Virus record (IMG/VR): IMGVR_UViG_3300028197_001183
Location: 27,220 to 91,219 of that record
Direction: 5' to 3' (one strand)
DNA length: 64,000 bases
From: a virus
Taxonomy: Duplodnaviria > Caudoviricetes
Part shown: positions 8,034 to 18,048 of the stretch, piece by piece
Position numbering within the stretch: the first letter of the stretch is position 1
How the letters are laid out: each line of letters begins with the position of its first letter
Made by a program: the position numbers and the translations under genes
The notes under the pieces: model-generated
Seen by the model: the letters and a program-made list of their open reading frames with translations, nothing else
The model's database searches: none
Told to the model about the DNA's origin: nothing

Positions 8034-8784
8034 AATGAGATGAGAACTCGGAGAATCCAAAATCGTCCGTAGGATCTGCATTGAGCGGATCTGGTTGGAC
8101 GGTATAACGCAATTCCCGTGGAGCCTGACGGTCCATAGTAGTTGCATAGTCCACCTGGACCTTCTTGATGACTTCGCCACTTGCGTCGCCTACAGGACCG
8201 TACAGGTATGTCTTAGCGACAAACTGTAGGGTATATACAAGTGTGCGGCGAGTATCATAGTCACCCTCATATTCATCACTATAATCTACTGATGTGAGGG
8301 TCACAGGATAGTCTCTTTTCTCACCCAGGTCTGGGACCAGATTCATGGTGAGACTAAAACTTGGTTGGAAGTATGGGAGAATCTGCTCCAAGATTTGCAG
8401 GGAGTCGTCCTGATTCTTTGCAAGAATTGACAATTCAAAATTGATATTATATGGCACAGGCATGAAAGCCTTTGTTTCAGTGCCGTCAGATTTAGTATTT
8501 CTGATTGCAGAAATAGGTGACAACTTTCTGGTAGGATCATAGGAGATACCACCAATCTCAAAAGAGACTCTAGGAAGTGTGATCTGTGCCTGATCTTGTG
8601 CAGACAAGTCACCGACTTGACGAAGACGTGCCAAGAATTTATTCTTAGGACCATATGCCAGGGGCACCTTCATAACTTCGGTCTTCGATCCTTTAGTGCG
8701 ACGAAGCTCGATGTTGTTAAACAGTGTGCCAAATCCGACAACTGTCTTTCTTATAATCTCGTGATATGTATAAGTGCCTAGCAT
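7987..8784 (-). CDS. g15: Tail sheath stabiliser / tail terminator gp15
   Basis: YHEIIRKTVVGFGTLFNNI, KVPLAYGPK, LPRVSFE, PVPYNINFELSI, QILEQILPYFQP. Confidence 0.96.
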   Translation of the reverse strand: MLGTYTYHEIIRKTVVGFGTLFNNIELRRTKGSKTEVMKVPLAYGPKNKFLARLRQVGDLSAQDQAQITLPRVSFEIGGISYDPTRKLSPISAIRNTKSDGTETKAFMPVPYNINFELSILAKNQDDSLQILEQILPYFQPSFSLTMNLVPDLGEKRDYPVTLTSVDYSDEYEGDYDTRRTLVYTLQFVAKTYLYGPVGDASGEVIKKVQVDYATTMDRQAPRELRYTVQPDPLNADPTDDFGFSEFSSHYVDAKDYNPVTGQDE

Positions 8785-9665
8785 TAAATTGTACCGCCTG
8801 AATTACCAAACTCACCAAAGGGATTACCCTCTGTGAAATCGACAATACCATCTGCCTGCGTTTCGATGGTCCAGTTGGAATCGATAGTGTCAGAAGTATT
8901 CACATTATTTAGGGTGTTGTAATTAGCACTTGTCCAGGATGCACTAGATGTATCTCCAGTGATAGTCTCAGGAATAGTGAATCTACCGTCACGATTGATG
9001 ACAATTAACTTACCAGTAGCAGAGTCCCACGATTTAACATCAGCCGTGGTGTTGGAGGTACCGCCCGTAACAGTCTCACCAACGGTAAAGTCTCCTGACC
9101 CACCTGAAGCCATGGTGACGGTGATAGCGTTGGCGAAGTTGAGCTCGATAGCATCAATTTCTGCGACTCCTGTATTGATATCTTCATCAGAGTACTCAAA
9201 GAGCTCACAACGTAAACCCCAGACATGGATTTTCCCGAGTTGGTAGAAGGGAATTTCATGCTCGACGAATTGAATTTCAAAAGTTTTGTTAGCAAGGGGG
9301 AAATGTATGAGGTCTCCTTCATTTGGTCTTCCTTCTACTATAAGTGTTGCGTTGTCGTCTACTGCTTCAGTAAACCTAGTGCGTGAAATGATGAATGTAA
9401 CTTGGTCGGAGATTCTGACTCCGAATTTGCTAAACATGTCGCCATCACCACGAAACCCATTGGCGTCTTCGATGTATGCTTCGAGAAGATATGCACCATT
9501 GAATGATGATAAATTGTCCTCTCCAAAAACAGTATCTTCATTAACCAACGTCCTCGGAATATAATAAACATCTTTACCGAACATCTTGATCTGCTCGACC
9601 ACTAGATCTCCTACGAGATCTTGCTCCCCTGTTGTGCCTTGACTGAAGTAACTGTTAGTAGTCAT
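8784..9665 (-). CDS. g14: Neck protein gp14
   Basis: EQIKMFGKDVYYIPR, SKFGVRISD, RPNEGDLIHFP, FEIQFVEHEIPFYQLGK, C-terminal DFTEGNPFG. Confidence 0.96.
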   Translation of the reverse strand: MTTNSYFSQGTTGEQDLVGDLVVEQIKMFGKDVYYIPRTLVNEDTVFGEDNLSSFNGAYLLEAYIEDANGFRGDGDMFSKFGVRISDQVTFIISRTRFTEAVDDNATLIVEGRPNEGDLIHFPLANKTFEIQFVEHEIPFYQLGKIHVWGLRCELFEYSDEDINTGVAEIDAIELNFANAITVTMASGGSGDFTVGETVTGGTSNTTADVKSWDSATGKLIVINRDGRFTIPETITGDTSSASWTSANYNTLNNVNTSDTIDSNWTIETQADGIVDFTEGNPFGEFGNSGGTI

Positions 9666-9666
9666 C

Positions 9667-10467
9667 TTATCCGATCATATCTAGAGGTGGTAATTCCCAT
9701 TCTGTACGTAGTTGCTCTTCAAGAGACTTGAGCTCATCTACAGCATCGTTATAAATCATCTCACCATTTAGAGACACACCACCTGGCATTTGCACTCCAG
9801 TAAATTTAGTCATATTGCTTCCCCATTGCTTTTTAATCTTAGCGGAAGCATAATCCTTGACCCACATCTGATTATAAATCTCTGTCCATGTGTCTGGATT
9901 CAGAGCACGATATGCGTGGATAACGATATACTGACCAACCAAAGCATCCATTGACCAATCAAAGTCAATATACAGTCTGTCTTGCACAGCACTATATCTG
10001 ACTGGTTTCATACCTTCCAATAGGAAGTCAATAGTTTCCAGGTGCTGCTGGACCATGTAATAATTATAAAACTGAGTAGACGTAAAGTCATACAAATCAT
10101 TCAGTCTCATCTGATAACGAATATCAAACATATTTCTGGTGCCCTTATCGGTAAAACCGAAGAGACCTTCTACTGAAAGAATATGCTCAGGCATTTCAAT
10201 ATACCCATTTGCTTCAGACCAGATATCATTACCAGCATCAGACGTTGAGTTTGTGTTGGTCTTTGCTCGGTCAACAACATCCTGTGTCAACAGATGTTTC
10301 AGATAAACTTTCTCACATCCATCATAATGAAACTGTTGGAATTTTTGCAGAGTGTAATCGATAGCATCATCGACCTGATCGTCAGAGACATTAATCTCCA
10401 AGACTGGTTTACCCAGTCTACGGAGGCAATACTCCTTTAATTCTGCTTTGGAAGTAGGTTTTGCCAT
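9667..10467 (-). CDS. g13: Neck protein gp13
   Basis: ELKEYCLRRLGKPVLEINV...WVKDYASAKIKKQWGSNMTKFTGVQMPGGVSLNG. Confidence 0.96.
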   Translation of the reverse strand: MAKPTSKAELKEYCLRRLGKPVLEINVSDDQVDDAIDYTLQKFQQFHYDGCEKVYLKHLLTQDVVDRAKTNTNSTSDAGNDIWSEANGYIEMPEHILSVEGLFGFTDKGTRNMFDIRYQMRLNDLYDFTSTQFYNYYMVQQHLETIDFLLEGMKPVRYSAVQDRLYIDFDWSMDALVGQYIVIHAYRALNPDTWTEIYNQMWVKDYASAKIKKQWGSNMTKFTGVQMPGGVSLNGEMIYNDAVDELKSLEEQLRTEWELPPLDMIG

Positions 10468-10473
10468 TTGTTA

Positions 10474-13400
10474 TCAGAGAGCAGCGATTGCAGCCTGGAA
10501 TGCTGCGAAATCAGCAGCAGCCGCGGCGACGGACTTGAGAGTTGTGAGGGTAATAGTCTCTGCTTGTAGTGCAGAGTCAGCAGTTGTGCCTTGTGCAGCA
10601 GTAGCATAAGCGGTTGCAGCAGTTGCAGCAGCAGTGCCTAGTGTTGGTTTGCCTGTTAGATCATTATATGCACCAGAGAATAATGTAGGTTTGCCAGTTA
10701 GGTCATTGTATGCTCCAGAGAAGAGCGAAGGCAGGTTAGCAAGATCGTTGTAAGATCCACTGGTTGCTACGGTTGCCAGATCTCCTGGTTGTGTAGCAGA
10801 AGCAGCAAGTGTGCCCTGTGCAGCAGTTGCATATGCAGTTGCCGCAGTGGTAGCAGCAGTGCCAAGACCTAAAGCGGTGATGGCTGCTGATGCACGAGCA
10901 TCGGCACGAGCGTCTGTGTAATAAAGATTTGTGCCTTCAGACAGATCACTCGTAGACTGGTTGCTAATATCAAGGTTTGCACCAACTTGGAGTGCAATGC
11001 GAGCATCGGCACGAGAGTTGGTGTAGTAGAGGTTAGTGCCCTCTGCCAAATCTGCTGTATCCTGATTACTCAGATCAAGGTTTGTGCCAACATTCAGTGC
11101 AATACGGGTGTCGGCAAGTCCGTTTACCTGAGAGTTAGTGCGTTGAGTGAAGGAGAAGACACCAGTAGAAGCGTTATAAGCGAGATCGCCACCAGCACTA
11201 AATGCACCCCTAGCGCGAGACTGAGTAAAGAAGATGTTTGTGGATCCTTCTGTGACATTATCAGTATTAATATCAGATTGGGTAACAGAAAGAGCACCAG
11301 ATCCATCATGCTCGATGCCAGTGCCATACGAGAAGTGTGACCTTGTGCGTGCAGCAGTGGTGAATAGAGCAGAAGATCCTTCTGTAATGTTGTCAGTATT
11401 GATGTCACCCTGAGTTGCACTCAGAGTCAGGATATTACCTGCATCATCATATGTAGCAGTGATGCCAGTGCCACCTGTGATCAGAGCGTTAACTCTGTCA
11501 TCAACTCTCTCATCAGTGAAGTAGAGGTTAGTGCCCTCTACAAGATCACCAGTATCGTGGTTGGCGATACTACCAACCTGTGACTGGAAGAAGGTCAATG
11601 CACCAGTAACATTCAAGTTACCTTGAATCTCAAAGTCAGTAACTGATTTGAAGTTATCAACCGTAAGTGTATTAGTGCTTGGGTTGTATGTAAGGTTAGT
11701 GGAGTCTGTGCGGACCTCAGTGAATCCGTTGTTACTCGAAACGAATGCAGGGAAGTAAGTAAGGTTAGAAGTTGTAGTGTCAGTAACGTCAACCAGATTT
11801 GTCTTGTCTGCAGTACCTGTAAGGTCACCAGTAACGTTACCAGTAATCTGACCAGTAACACCCAACGTGCCACCCATGGTGGAGTTATTAGTAACATCAA
11901 GACTTCCAAGGGTGCCAAGACCAGTGATCTCAGCGTTACCTGAAGTAGAGTTAAGTGTAATCTTGTCAGTGCCACTACCATTCTGCAACTTGAGAGTCTT
12001 AGTAGCACCACGAAGGACCATGCTGTCCTTAAACAGTGAGGTGCTATCAACAGTCAGGGTGCCGTCTAGTTGCTGATTGCCATCAACATTAAGATCAGAA
12101 TCAAAGTCTACATTCTGAGTAACATTCAGAGTGTCATCAATAATGACTCTGCCTGCAACGTCTAGGGTGCCATCAATAGTAACGTTACCTGTTGATCCTT
12201 GGACAATAAACTTATTAGTGTTAACAACGATCGATCCACCAACGTTGACGTTAGAAGTCGTGTTAACGGTAGCAATGTTTGCTGTAGTTGCTGCTACTAC
12301 TGCAGAGGTGATTGTGCCGTCTGCAGTAATGTTACCTGTAGCACCAAAGAAGGTGATGGTTTCATTCTGGTCAGGTCCGACAAAGATATCTTGACCGAAG
12401 TAAGAATCTTCATAGACTGCAATACCACCGTTGGTGACCATCAATGCTGCGTTAGCAGTCAGACGATTCGCAGTAGCATTGACGTTAAGTGTGACCTTCT
12501 CAGCAAAAGCAGCAGTGTCAGTGACTGCCAGTGTGCCTTCAACTAGACCGTTACCAACAGTAGAGAAGTTACCAGTTGCTGAGGCAATACTAAACTTATC
12601 AGTAGTGCCAGAGCGGACAGCGAAGTCAGCATCAACATCTACAATACCATTCAACTCTGTGCGTCCACCAACAGTCAGTGTGCCAGAAGTATCCTGGTTG
12701 CCGTTATGGTCAATGTTATCATTGACAGTTAGCAGACCTTCAATCTGAGTTGTGCCAGCAATAAAGGTATTACCGTTGTCAGTGTCAACGGTAAATCTGT
12801 CAACCAGAGAAGATCTGATGACAAAGTTTTCGTTAGTAGCATCAATGATTAGAGTGTCATTGATGGTTGTCTGATCAGATACGACCAGAGTGCCACTGAC
12901 TGTAGCATTGTCAGTGATATCTACTGATCCACCAGCAGAGTCAAGGACAAGGTTACCAGCAGTGGTATCAATCTCGTTAGAAGCAGCAACACCGATTCTT
13001 ACAGCATCAGCAGTGATGTCTGTAGAGATGATTGCAGCATTGAATGTAGATGTAGCGTTAACTGTCAGAGTGTCGCCAGAAGCGTCACCAAGAGTTGTGT
13101 TGCCGTCTACCTGAAGGTTGCCATCAACTTCAGCGTTGTCTGTGATGTGGACCTTTCCAGCGGCGGAGTCGAGGATAAGGTTACCAGTTGTGGTACTAAT
13201 CTCATTGTTAGCATCGACCCCGATCTGGACGGCATCTGCGGTGATATCTGTACTGGTGATTGCTTGGTTAAATGTAACCGTGCCAGTAACGATGTGGTTA
13301 TCTCCTGCCTGGTTGCCAATAGTAGCATTGCCATCAACAGTAAGAGTGCCATCGATTTGAGTATTGCCGTCAACATTTAAGTTTCCATCTACATCAGCAT

Positions 13401-16400
13401 TGTCTGTGATATTGACGGTGCCACCTGCAGAATCAAGAATCAGATTACCTGAGGAGGTGCCGATCTCGTTAGCGGCATCTGTGCCGACCTTAAGGTCGCG
13501 AATATTAAGTCTTTCAGCAGCAGTCAGTGCTTGGTTAAACTGGACTGTGCCGTTAACAGTATGGGAGTCACCTGACTGGTTACCAATCTGTGAATTACCA
13601 TTGACATTGAATGTGCCGTTGGCAAATGTATTACCAGTCTGTGCATCTACAGTAAATGTAGTGCCAACTGCAAAGTCATCGGTAACATCTAGGGTGCCTG
13701 TAATATCAACGTTACCGCCGAAACTACCATCGTCGGTAACAACCAGATCGTCGCCCACATAAAGATCGAGACCGATGCCAACACCGCCACCAACGATGAG
13801 AGCACCAGAAGATGCGTTGGTTGCATTTGTTGTATCAAATAGTTTAATAGATCCAGCGTCAAGACCTGATCTTGATCCACTGAATGCTTCACTGCTATTA
13901 GTTGCGTTGTGATAGAGAGCATATCTTGCAGCACTCACATCCCAACCGAAGAAACCAACACGAGCAGTCGAGTCGTAGTATCGGAATTCGACACCACGAT
14001 CTTTAGCATCCGACTGGGTAGGAGCAGTGTCCCCACCTAAAGTAATGACAGGATCATCCAGCGTCACTACTGTGCTATTAACTGTAGTCGTAACTCCGTT
14101 AACTGTCAAGTTTCCTTCGATAATGGCATTGCCATCGATATCAAAGTCACCATTAATAGTAACGTTATCGGTGAATGTAGAGACAGCGTTGACTGTCAAG
14201 ACATCAGTATTTGCATCACCGATAGTGGTCAGAGGACCATTGATTGTAAACTGCTCGTTAAACGTAGCGTAACCATGGACCAGAATGGCACCATCAGTAG
14301 CGTTACCCTGTCCAACACGACCAATGGTTGTGTAACCAGACTCGCCAAGGATAGAGAATTCAACGTTATCATTAGTGTCAACCTTACCAACGTAGAAGTC
14401 ATCACCAACATGCAGATCTTGGACAATACCAACACCACCAGCAACTCTCAGTTGAGCATCAGCATCATTTGCAAAGGATGCGTTGTGTGCTGTGCCACCA
14501 CCCATATAGGTGCGGTATAGGACATCAACATTATTAAGCAGGGAAGGACGTGTGCGAGCAGTGCCAGCATCTTTGACGACCAGACGATCTGCCAGATAGA
14601 TGTCACCACCAACACGGAGATCCTTATCCATGTTGACGCCACCAGCGAAGGTAGCATTACCTCCAGTGCTTAGGGTGATATCAGAATCAGTCTCGCCAAT
14701 AGTAATATTGTTAGTGCGCTCAAAAGTGTTGACGCCGCCAACATTAAGACTACCTTCGATATCTGTATTGCCATTCGTGCTCAGAATACGGAACGTTTGA
14801 TTACTGCCGTTGGTAATAGTAAGATACTTACCAGTGACATCCATCAAGAAGTCATTGTGGAAGACCACATCATCATCGACATCCAATTCAGCATTGAATG
14901 TTACGTTGCTATCAACATTAAGAGTTGAATCAAAGTCAACACCTTGGACTACATGAAGTGTCCCTTGGACATCAGTATTACCGTTATCAGAATCAACAGT
15001 AAACTTATTGACTGATCCAGCAGTGCGGATAATAAATTCTTTGTTATCAGCAGTGAGGATGAGATTATCTGTAATCTCAGTCTCAAGTTGAATGTCCAGG
15101 GTGCCTTCGATAACAGTGTTACCAGTTGCACTCGCGATAGTAAACTTATCAGTAGTATTATTTCTAACAGCAAAGTTGGCATCAATGTCAACTGTGCCGT
15201 CAATCTCAACGTTACCATTCAGGTGGGTTGTGCCACCGACGTTAAGATTCTCAGAGATACCTGTGCCACCAGTCACCACCAAGGTGCCAGTTGTAGGTGT
15301 CTTCCAAGTAGAAGAAGTATCTGTAGTTAGTCTGAGGTTACCAGCAATGATAGGAGCGTCAGTGCCAGCGTAGACTTCAGAGGTGTTAGTCGCATTGTAG
15401 AGGAACCTATACCCGCCAGTGCCAGACCAAATGTTAGAGTCCGCATAGTCTTCATCCCAACCATAGAATCCAAATCGCTCTTGACTATCATAATACCTAA
15501 ATTCAATACCACGATCCTTATTGTCATCAACTGTAAGAGTATCCTCACCACCCAAAGTCATGATGGGGTCTTGGATAGTCACCACAGTTGAGTTAACGGT
15601 GGTTGTAACACCATCAACTGTCAGGTCACCACGGATACGGACGGTGCCAGTAATGTCATCGTCGTCATTAGGATCCAACACCATAATGGCATTGGTTGTA
15701 GAGAAGACGTTATCTTGGAAGTGGAAGTCTTCAACATTAACTCTATGGTCAACGTCGGTAACCAAGATCGTAATATCCTGATCTGAAGTAACGTTAAGAG
15801 TTGCATCTCCACTACCAGCATTGGTAACATTGATGTCCATGGAGCGATCTGTCGCTTCATTTACCTCTAGAGCAATCTCTAGATTTCCTGAGGTCCGCTT
15901 AATAAACTGGTTGGCCTTTGTAACATCAAGAGTAATGTTACCACTGATGGTAGCATCGAGGTTAACGTCAACAAGACCAGTGAGAGATGATCCACTGGTG
16001 GCACTACCGTTACCGTTAGCGTCGTCAGCAGTAATAGCAGGATAGGAATTGCCCTGACCCAGAATGCTAGGTTGGAAAGGATACTCACCAGTATCGTAAC
16101 CAACGATACGGAATACGCTACCGCCAGTTCTGTTGTTAACGTTAATATGATTAAGCTTGGTAATGCCATGATAAGCATTATCAGTCGTTCTTTCGGGGTC
16201 CAGCTCAAAGGTTTCAGTTGCATTTTGGTCCGTAAACATCAAATGACCCAGTGATTGCAACTGGGAATTCTCTACTGCGTTAGCAGCAATTGTCACATGA
16301 CCGTTGGCATCTACGTCAAAGTCTTCTTGGTCAAAACTCGCAAGACCCTTTTGCTCTGTGGTATCAGTACCCAGATCTCTCCATCCACCTTGATCGTCTG

Positions 16401-17412
16401 CATCACCACCTTGGATGCTGTGTGATGGCTCTCCAAGTCCTGAACCGATATCCCTAATCGCTGCTTGATAAATTCTACCGTTACTTGCAATAACCTTGGA
16501 AAATCTAGGATATGCAGTAGCGTTATCGTAAGTGGTGAAAGATGTGCCAGTCTTCGCGCCCTCCGTTGCTGTGGCGATTGGTGAAGTATTAGCATAAACT
16601 AGACGACCATATCTGTCAACTTGGAAGTTAACGGTGTTAACTGTTTCCTCACCAGTTGAAGCACTAATCAAAGGATTGATTAGAGCATCCATCGAGTTGA
16701 GTGGATTATACTTACCCACCACAACTGTGGTATCTGCTAGGTCAACGAATGGATTATTAGTTTGAGCATTACCATTTTGTACAATGATACGCCCACTACC
16801 ACCAGTAACAGTGCGGTTTACTAGAGTGCCTTCTGCCTGACGAGAGATGAAACCAAAACCCGACATGTTTGCCAGAGAGGTTAGATCACTATCTAAAGGT
16901 TGTGCGTCACCAATACCATACTCAGCAAGAGTGCCAGGTGTTTCAGCATCGATAATACGACCACGAGAGTCTACCGTGATACGTGTGTAGGTGCCAGTTG
17001 CTGCTAGGTCATTCTCATCGTAGTGAGGCAGTGCCACCACATAATTCAATTCGGCAGTAATGGTCAGGTTTGAGGATCCATCAAACGTGCCAGCACCAGA
17101 CATATCACCACCCAGGGCGATCTGTCGTGCGTTTGCCAGTCGGGTTGCCGTAGCAGAGTTACCAACGAGAGAAGCAGTAATTGCACCTGCCTCAAAGTTA
17201 CCGTCAGCATCACGTTTAACAAGCGTGTTAGCGGTATTAGATTCCGTCTCAATCGGTCTCTCATATCTTAGAGAGTTCCAGGCGGTTACACCATCACCGA
17301 TTTTGATACGCGAGGTATCAATTTCGATTCCCAACTCACCTTGGGCGAGAATAGGGTTGACGTTTGCCCACTGCTGAGCACCGTCACGTCTTAATTGTAT
17401 TCTATTTGCCAT
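10474..17412 (-). CDS. Long tail/neck fibre protein (Mtd_N-like N-terminus, beta-helical repeats)
   Basis: MANRIQLRRD...NPILAQGELGIEIDTSRIKIGDGVTAWNSL; extensive GxLxVxG repeats; C-terminal EGTNLYYT and SGAYNDLTGKPT repeats. Confidence 0.88.
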   Translation of the reverse strand: MANRIQLRRDGAQQWANVNPILAQGELGIEIDTSRIKIGDGVTAWNSLRYERPIETESNTANTLVKRDADGNFEAGAITASLVGNSATATRLANARQIALGGDMSGAGTFDGSSNLTITAELNYVVALPHYDENDLAATGTYTRITVDSRGRIIDAETPGTLAEYGIGDAQPLDSDLTSLANMSGFGFISRQAEGTLVNRTVTGGSGRIIVQNGNAQTNNPFVDLADTTVVVGKYNPLNSMDALINPLISASTGEETVNTVNFQVDRYGRLVYANTSPIATATEGAKTGTSFTTYDNATAYPRFSKVIASNGRIYQAAIRDIGSGLGEPSHSIQGGDADDQGGWRDLGTDTTEQKGLASFDQEDFDVDANGHVTIAANAVENSQLQSLGHLMFTDQNATETFELDPERTTDNAYHGITKLNHINVNNRTGGSVFRIVGYDTGEYPFQPSILGQGNSYPAITADDANGNGSATSGSSLTGLVDVNLDATISGNITLDVTKANQFIKRTSGNLEIALEVNEATDRSMDINVTNAGSGDATLNVTSDQDITILVTDVDHRVNVEDFHFQDNVFSTTNAIMVLDPNDDDDITGTVRIRGDLTVDGVTTTVNSTVVTIQDPIMTLGGEDTLTVDDNKDRGIEFRYYDSQERFGFYGWDEDYADSNIWSGTGGYRFLYNATNTSEVYAGTDAPIIAGNLRLTTDTSSTWKTPTTGTLVVTGGTGISENLNVGGTTHLNGNVEIDGTVDIDANFAVRNNTTDKFTIASATGNTVIEGTLDIQLETEITDNLILTADNKEFIIRTAGSVNKFTVDSDNGNTDVQGTLHVVQGVDFDSTLNVDSNVTFNAELDVDDDVVFHNDFLMDVTGKYLTITNGSNQTFRILSTNGNTDIEGSLNVGGVNTFERTNNITIGETDSDITLSTGGNATFAGGVNMDKDLRVGGDIYLADRLVVKDAGTARTRPSLLNNVDVLYRTYMGGGTAHNASFANDADAQLRVAGGVGIVQDLHVGDDFYVGKVDTNDNVEFSILGESGYTTIGRVGQGNATDGAILVHGYATFNEQFTINGPLTTIGDANTDVLTVNAVSTFTDNVTINGDFDIDGNAIIEGNLTVNGVTTTVNSTVVTLDDPVITLGGDTAPTQSDAKDRGVEFRYYDSTARVGFFGWDVSAARYALYHNATNSSEAFSGSRSGLDAGSIKLFDTTNATNASSGALIVGGGVGIGLDLYVGDDLVVTDDGSFGGNVDITGTLDVTDDFAVGTTFTVDAQTGNTFANGTFNVNGNSQIGNQSGDSHTVNGTVQFNQALTAAERLNIRDLKVGTDAANEIGTSSGNLILDSAGGTVNITDNADVDGNLNVDGNTQIDGTLTVDGNATIGNQAGDNHIVTGTVTFNQAITSTDITADAVQIGVDANNEISTTTGNLILDSAAGKVHITDNAEVDGNLQVDGNTTLGDASGDTLTVNATSTFNAAIISTDITADAVRIGVAASNEIDTTAGNLVLDSAGGSVDITDNATVSGTLVVSDQTTINDTLIIDATNENFVIRSSLVDRFTVDTDNGNTFIAGTTQIEGLLTVNDNIDHNGNQDTSGTLTVGGRTELNGIVDVDADFAVRSGTTDKFSIASATGNFSTVGNGLVEGTLAVTDTAAFAEKVTLNVNATANRLTANAALMVTNGGIAVYEDSYFGQDIFVGPDQNETITFFGATGNITADGTITSAVVAATTANIATVNTTSNVNVGGSIVVNTNKFIVQGSTGNVTIDGTLDVAGRVIIDDTLNVTQNVDFDSDLNVDGNQQLDGTLTVDSTSLFKDSMVLRGATKTLKLQNGSGTDKITLNSTSGNAEITGLGTLGSLDVTNNSTMGGTLGVTGQITGNVTGDLTGTADKTNLVDVTDTTTSNLTYFPAFVSSNNGFTEVRTDSTNLTYNPSTNTLTVDNFKSVTDFEIQGNLNVTGALTFFQSQVGSIANHDTGDLVEGTNLYFTDERVDDRVNALITGGTGITATYDDAGNILTLSATQGDINTDNITEGSSALFTTAARTRSHFSYGTGIEHDGSGALSVTQSDINTDNVTEGSTNIFFTQSRARGAFSAGGDLAYNASTGVFSFTQRTNSQVNGLADTRIALNVGTNLDLSNQDTADLAEGTNLYYTNSRADARIALQVGANLDISNQSTSDLSEGTNLYYTDARADARASAAITALGLGTAATTAATAYATAAQGTLAASATQPGDLATVATSGSYNDLANLPSLFSGAYNDLTGKPTLFSGAYNDLTGKPTLGTAAATAATAYATAAQGTTADSALQAETITLTTLKSVAAAAADFAAFQAAIAAL

Positions 17413-17453
17413 TGCTTAAAAGGATCCTAGCACAACAGTTAGTCTGTCTGACT

Positions 17454-17460
17454 TATTTAT
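17454..17460 (-). promoter_or_regulatory. T4-type late promoter (ATAAATA)
   Basis: CATAAATAAG immediately after a terminator and about 42 nt upstream of the fibre ATG. Confidence 0.75.
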
Positions 17461-17465
17461 GTCAC

Positions 17466-17488
17466 GAAAAACCCCCTTTTCGGGGGGT
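17466..17488 (-). terminator. Rho-independent terminator
   Basis: Minus strand ACCCCC-CGAAAA-GGGGGT followed by a T run, directly after the stop at 17494. Confidence 0.8.
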
Positions 17489-17493
17489 AGGGG

Positions 17494-17739
17494 TCAAGTA
17501 GTTTCCAGGTCATCGGGATCGACAGTCCCGTCTGGAAGTGGCTCAGCTTCTTCTTCAGTAGCAGGTGGATTGAGATACTCAAGAGTCTCAATAGCACCTA
17601 GAAGTTTTAGAGCGGTAGCTTCATTGCTCTTAATCTTGTCTGCCATCTCACGGTTGTCTTTCAAAAGACCCTGGTAGCGAGTTTTGAATTGCTCAAGCAA
17701 TTCCTCTTGTGAGGCAGTTTCAGTCACATCAGCTGGCAT
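17494..17739 (-). CDS. Small coiled-coil hypothetical protein (possible fibre chaperone)
   Basis: MPADVTE...ALKLLGAIETLEYL; GGAG RBS before ATG 17739. Confidence 0.75.
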   Translation of the reverse strand: MPADVTETASQEELLEQFKTRYQGLLKDNREMADKIKSNEATALKLLGAIETLEYLNPPATEEEAEPLPDGTVDPDDLETT

Positions 17740-18025
17740 TGTTGTCTCCTTGTAGTAATGATTTAAGTAGGTTTTTGATTTCACCGATATCTGATTTTAA
17801 CCCAGATACCTCATCTTGTAAAGTGTTTAACTTCTCCTCTTTCTTGGTGCGACGATTAAATGCCGCCATATAGTTGTCATACTCTGACATATTACAATTC
17901 ACAATAGCATTACTATTTGGGTCACGAAACCAACCATCCCTGCCTTCAACAGGGATTAGGTCTTCTTTGAATGGTTTAATGTAATCAGTTGAGTCAGTTG
18001 AGTCAGAAATGCTTGACATATCCAA
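17729..18025 (-). CDS. Hypothetical protein downstream of the DUF4815 gene
   Basis: IPVEGRDGWFRDPNSNAIVNCN...LKSDIGEIKNLLKSLL (C-terminal coiled coil). Confidence 0.8.
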   Translation of the reverse strand: MDMSSISDSTDSTDYIKPFKEDLIPVEGRDGWFRDPNSNAIVNCNMSEYDNYMAAFNRRTKKEEKLNTLQDEVSGLKSDIGEIKNLLKSLLQGDNNAS

Positions 18026-18048
18026 GAATAATTATTATAATAACCGTG

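Noticed and set aside
17250-17412. Mtd-like N-terminus suggesting a diversity-generating retroelement target
   Set aside because: Only the generic N-terminal attachment domain is present; no reverse transcriptase and no adenine-mismatched TR/VR pair were seen in the window.
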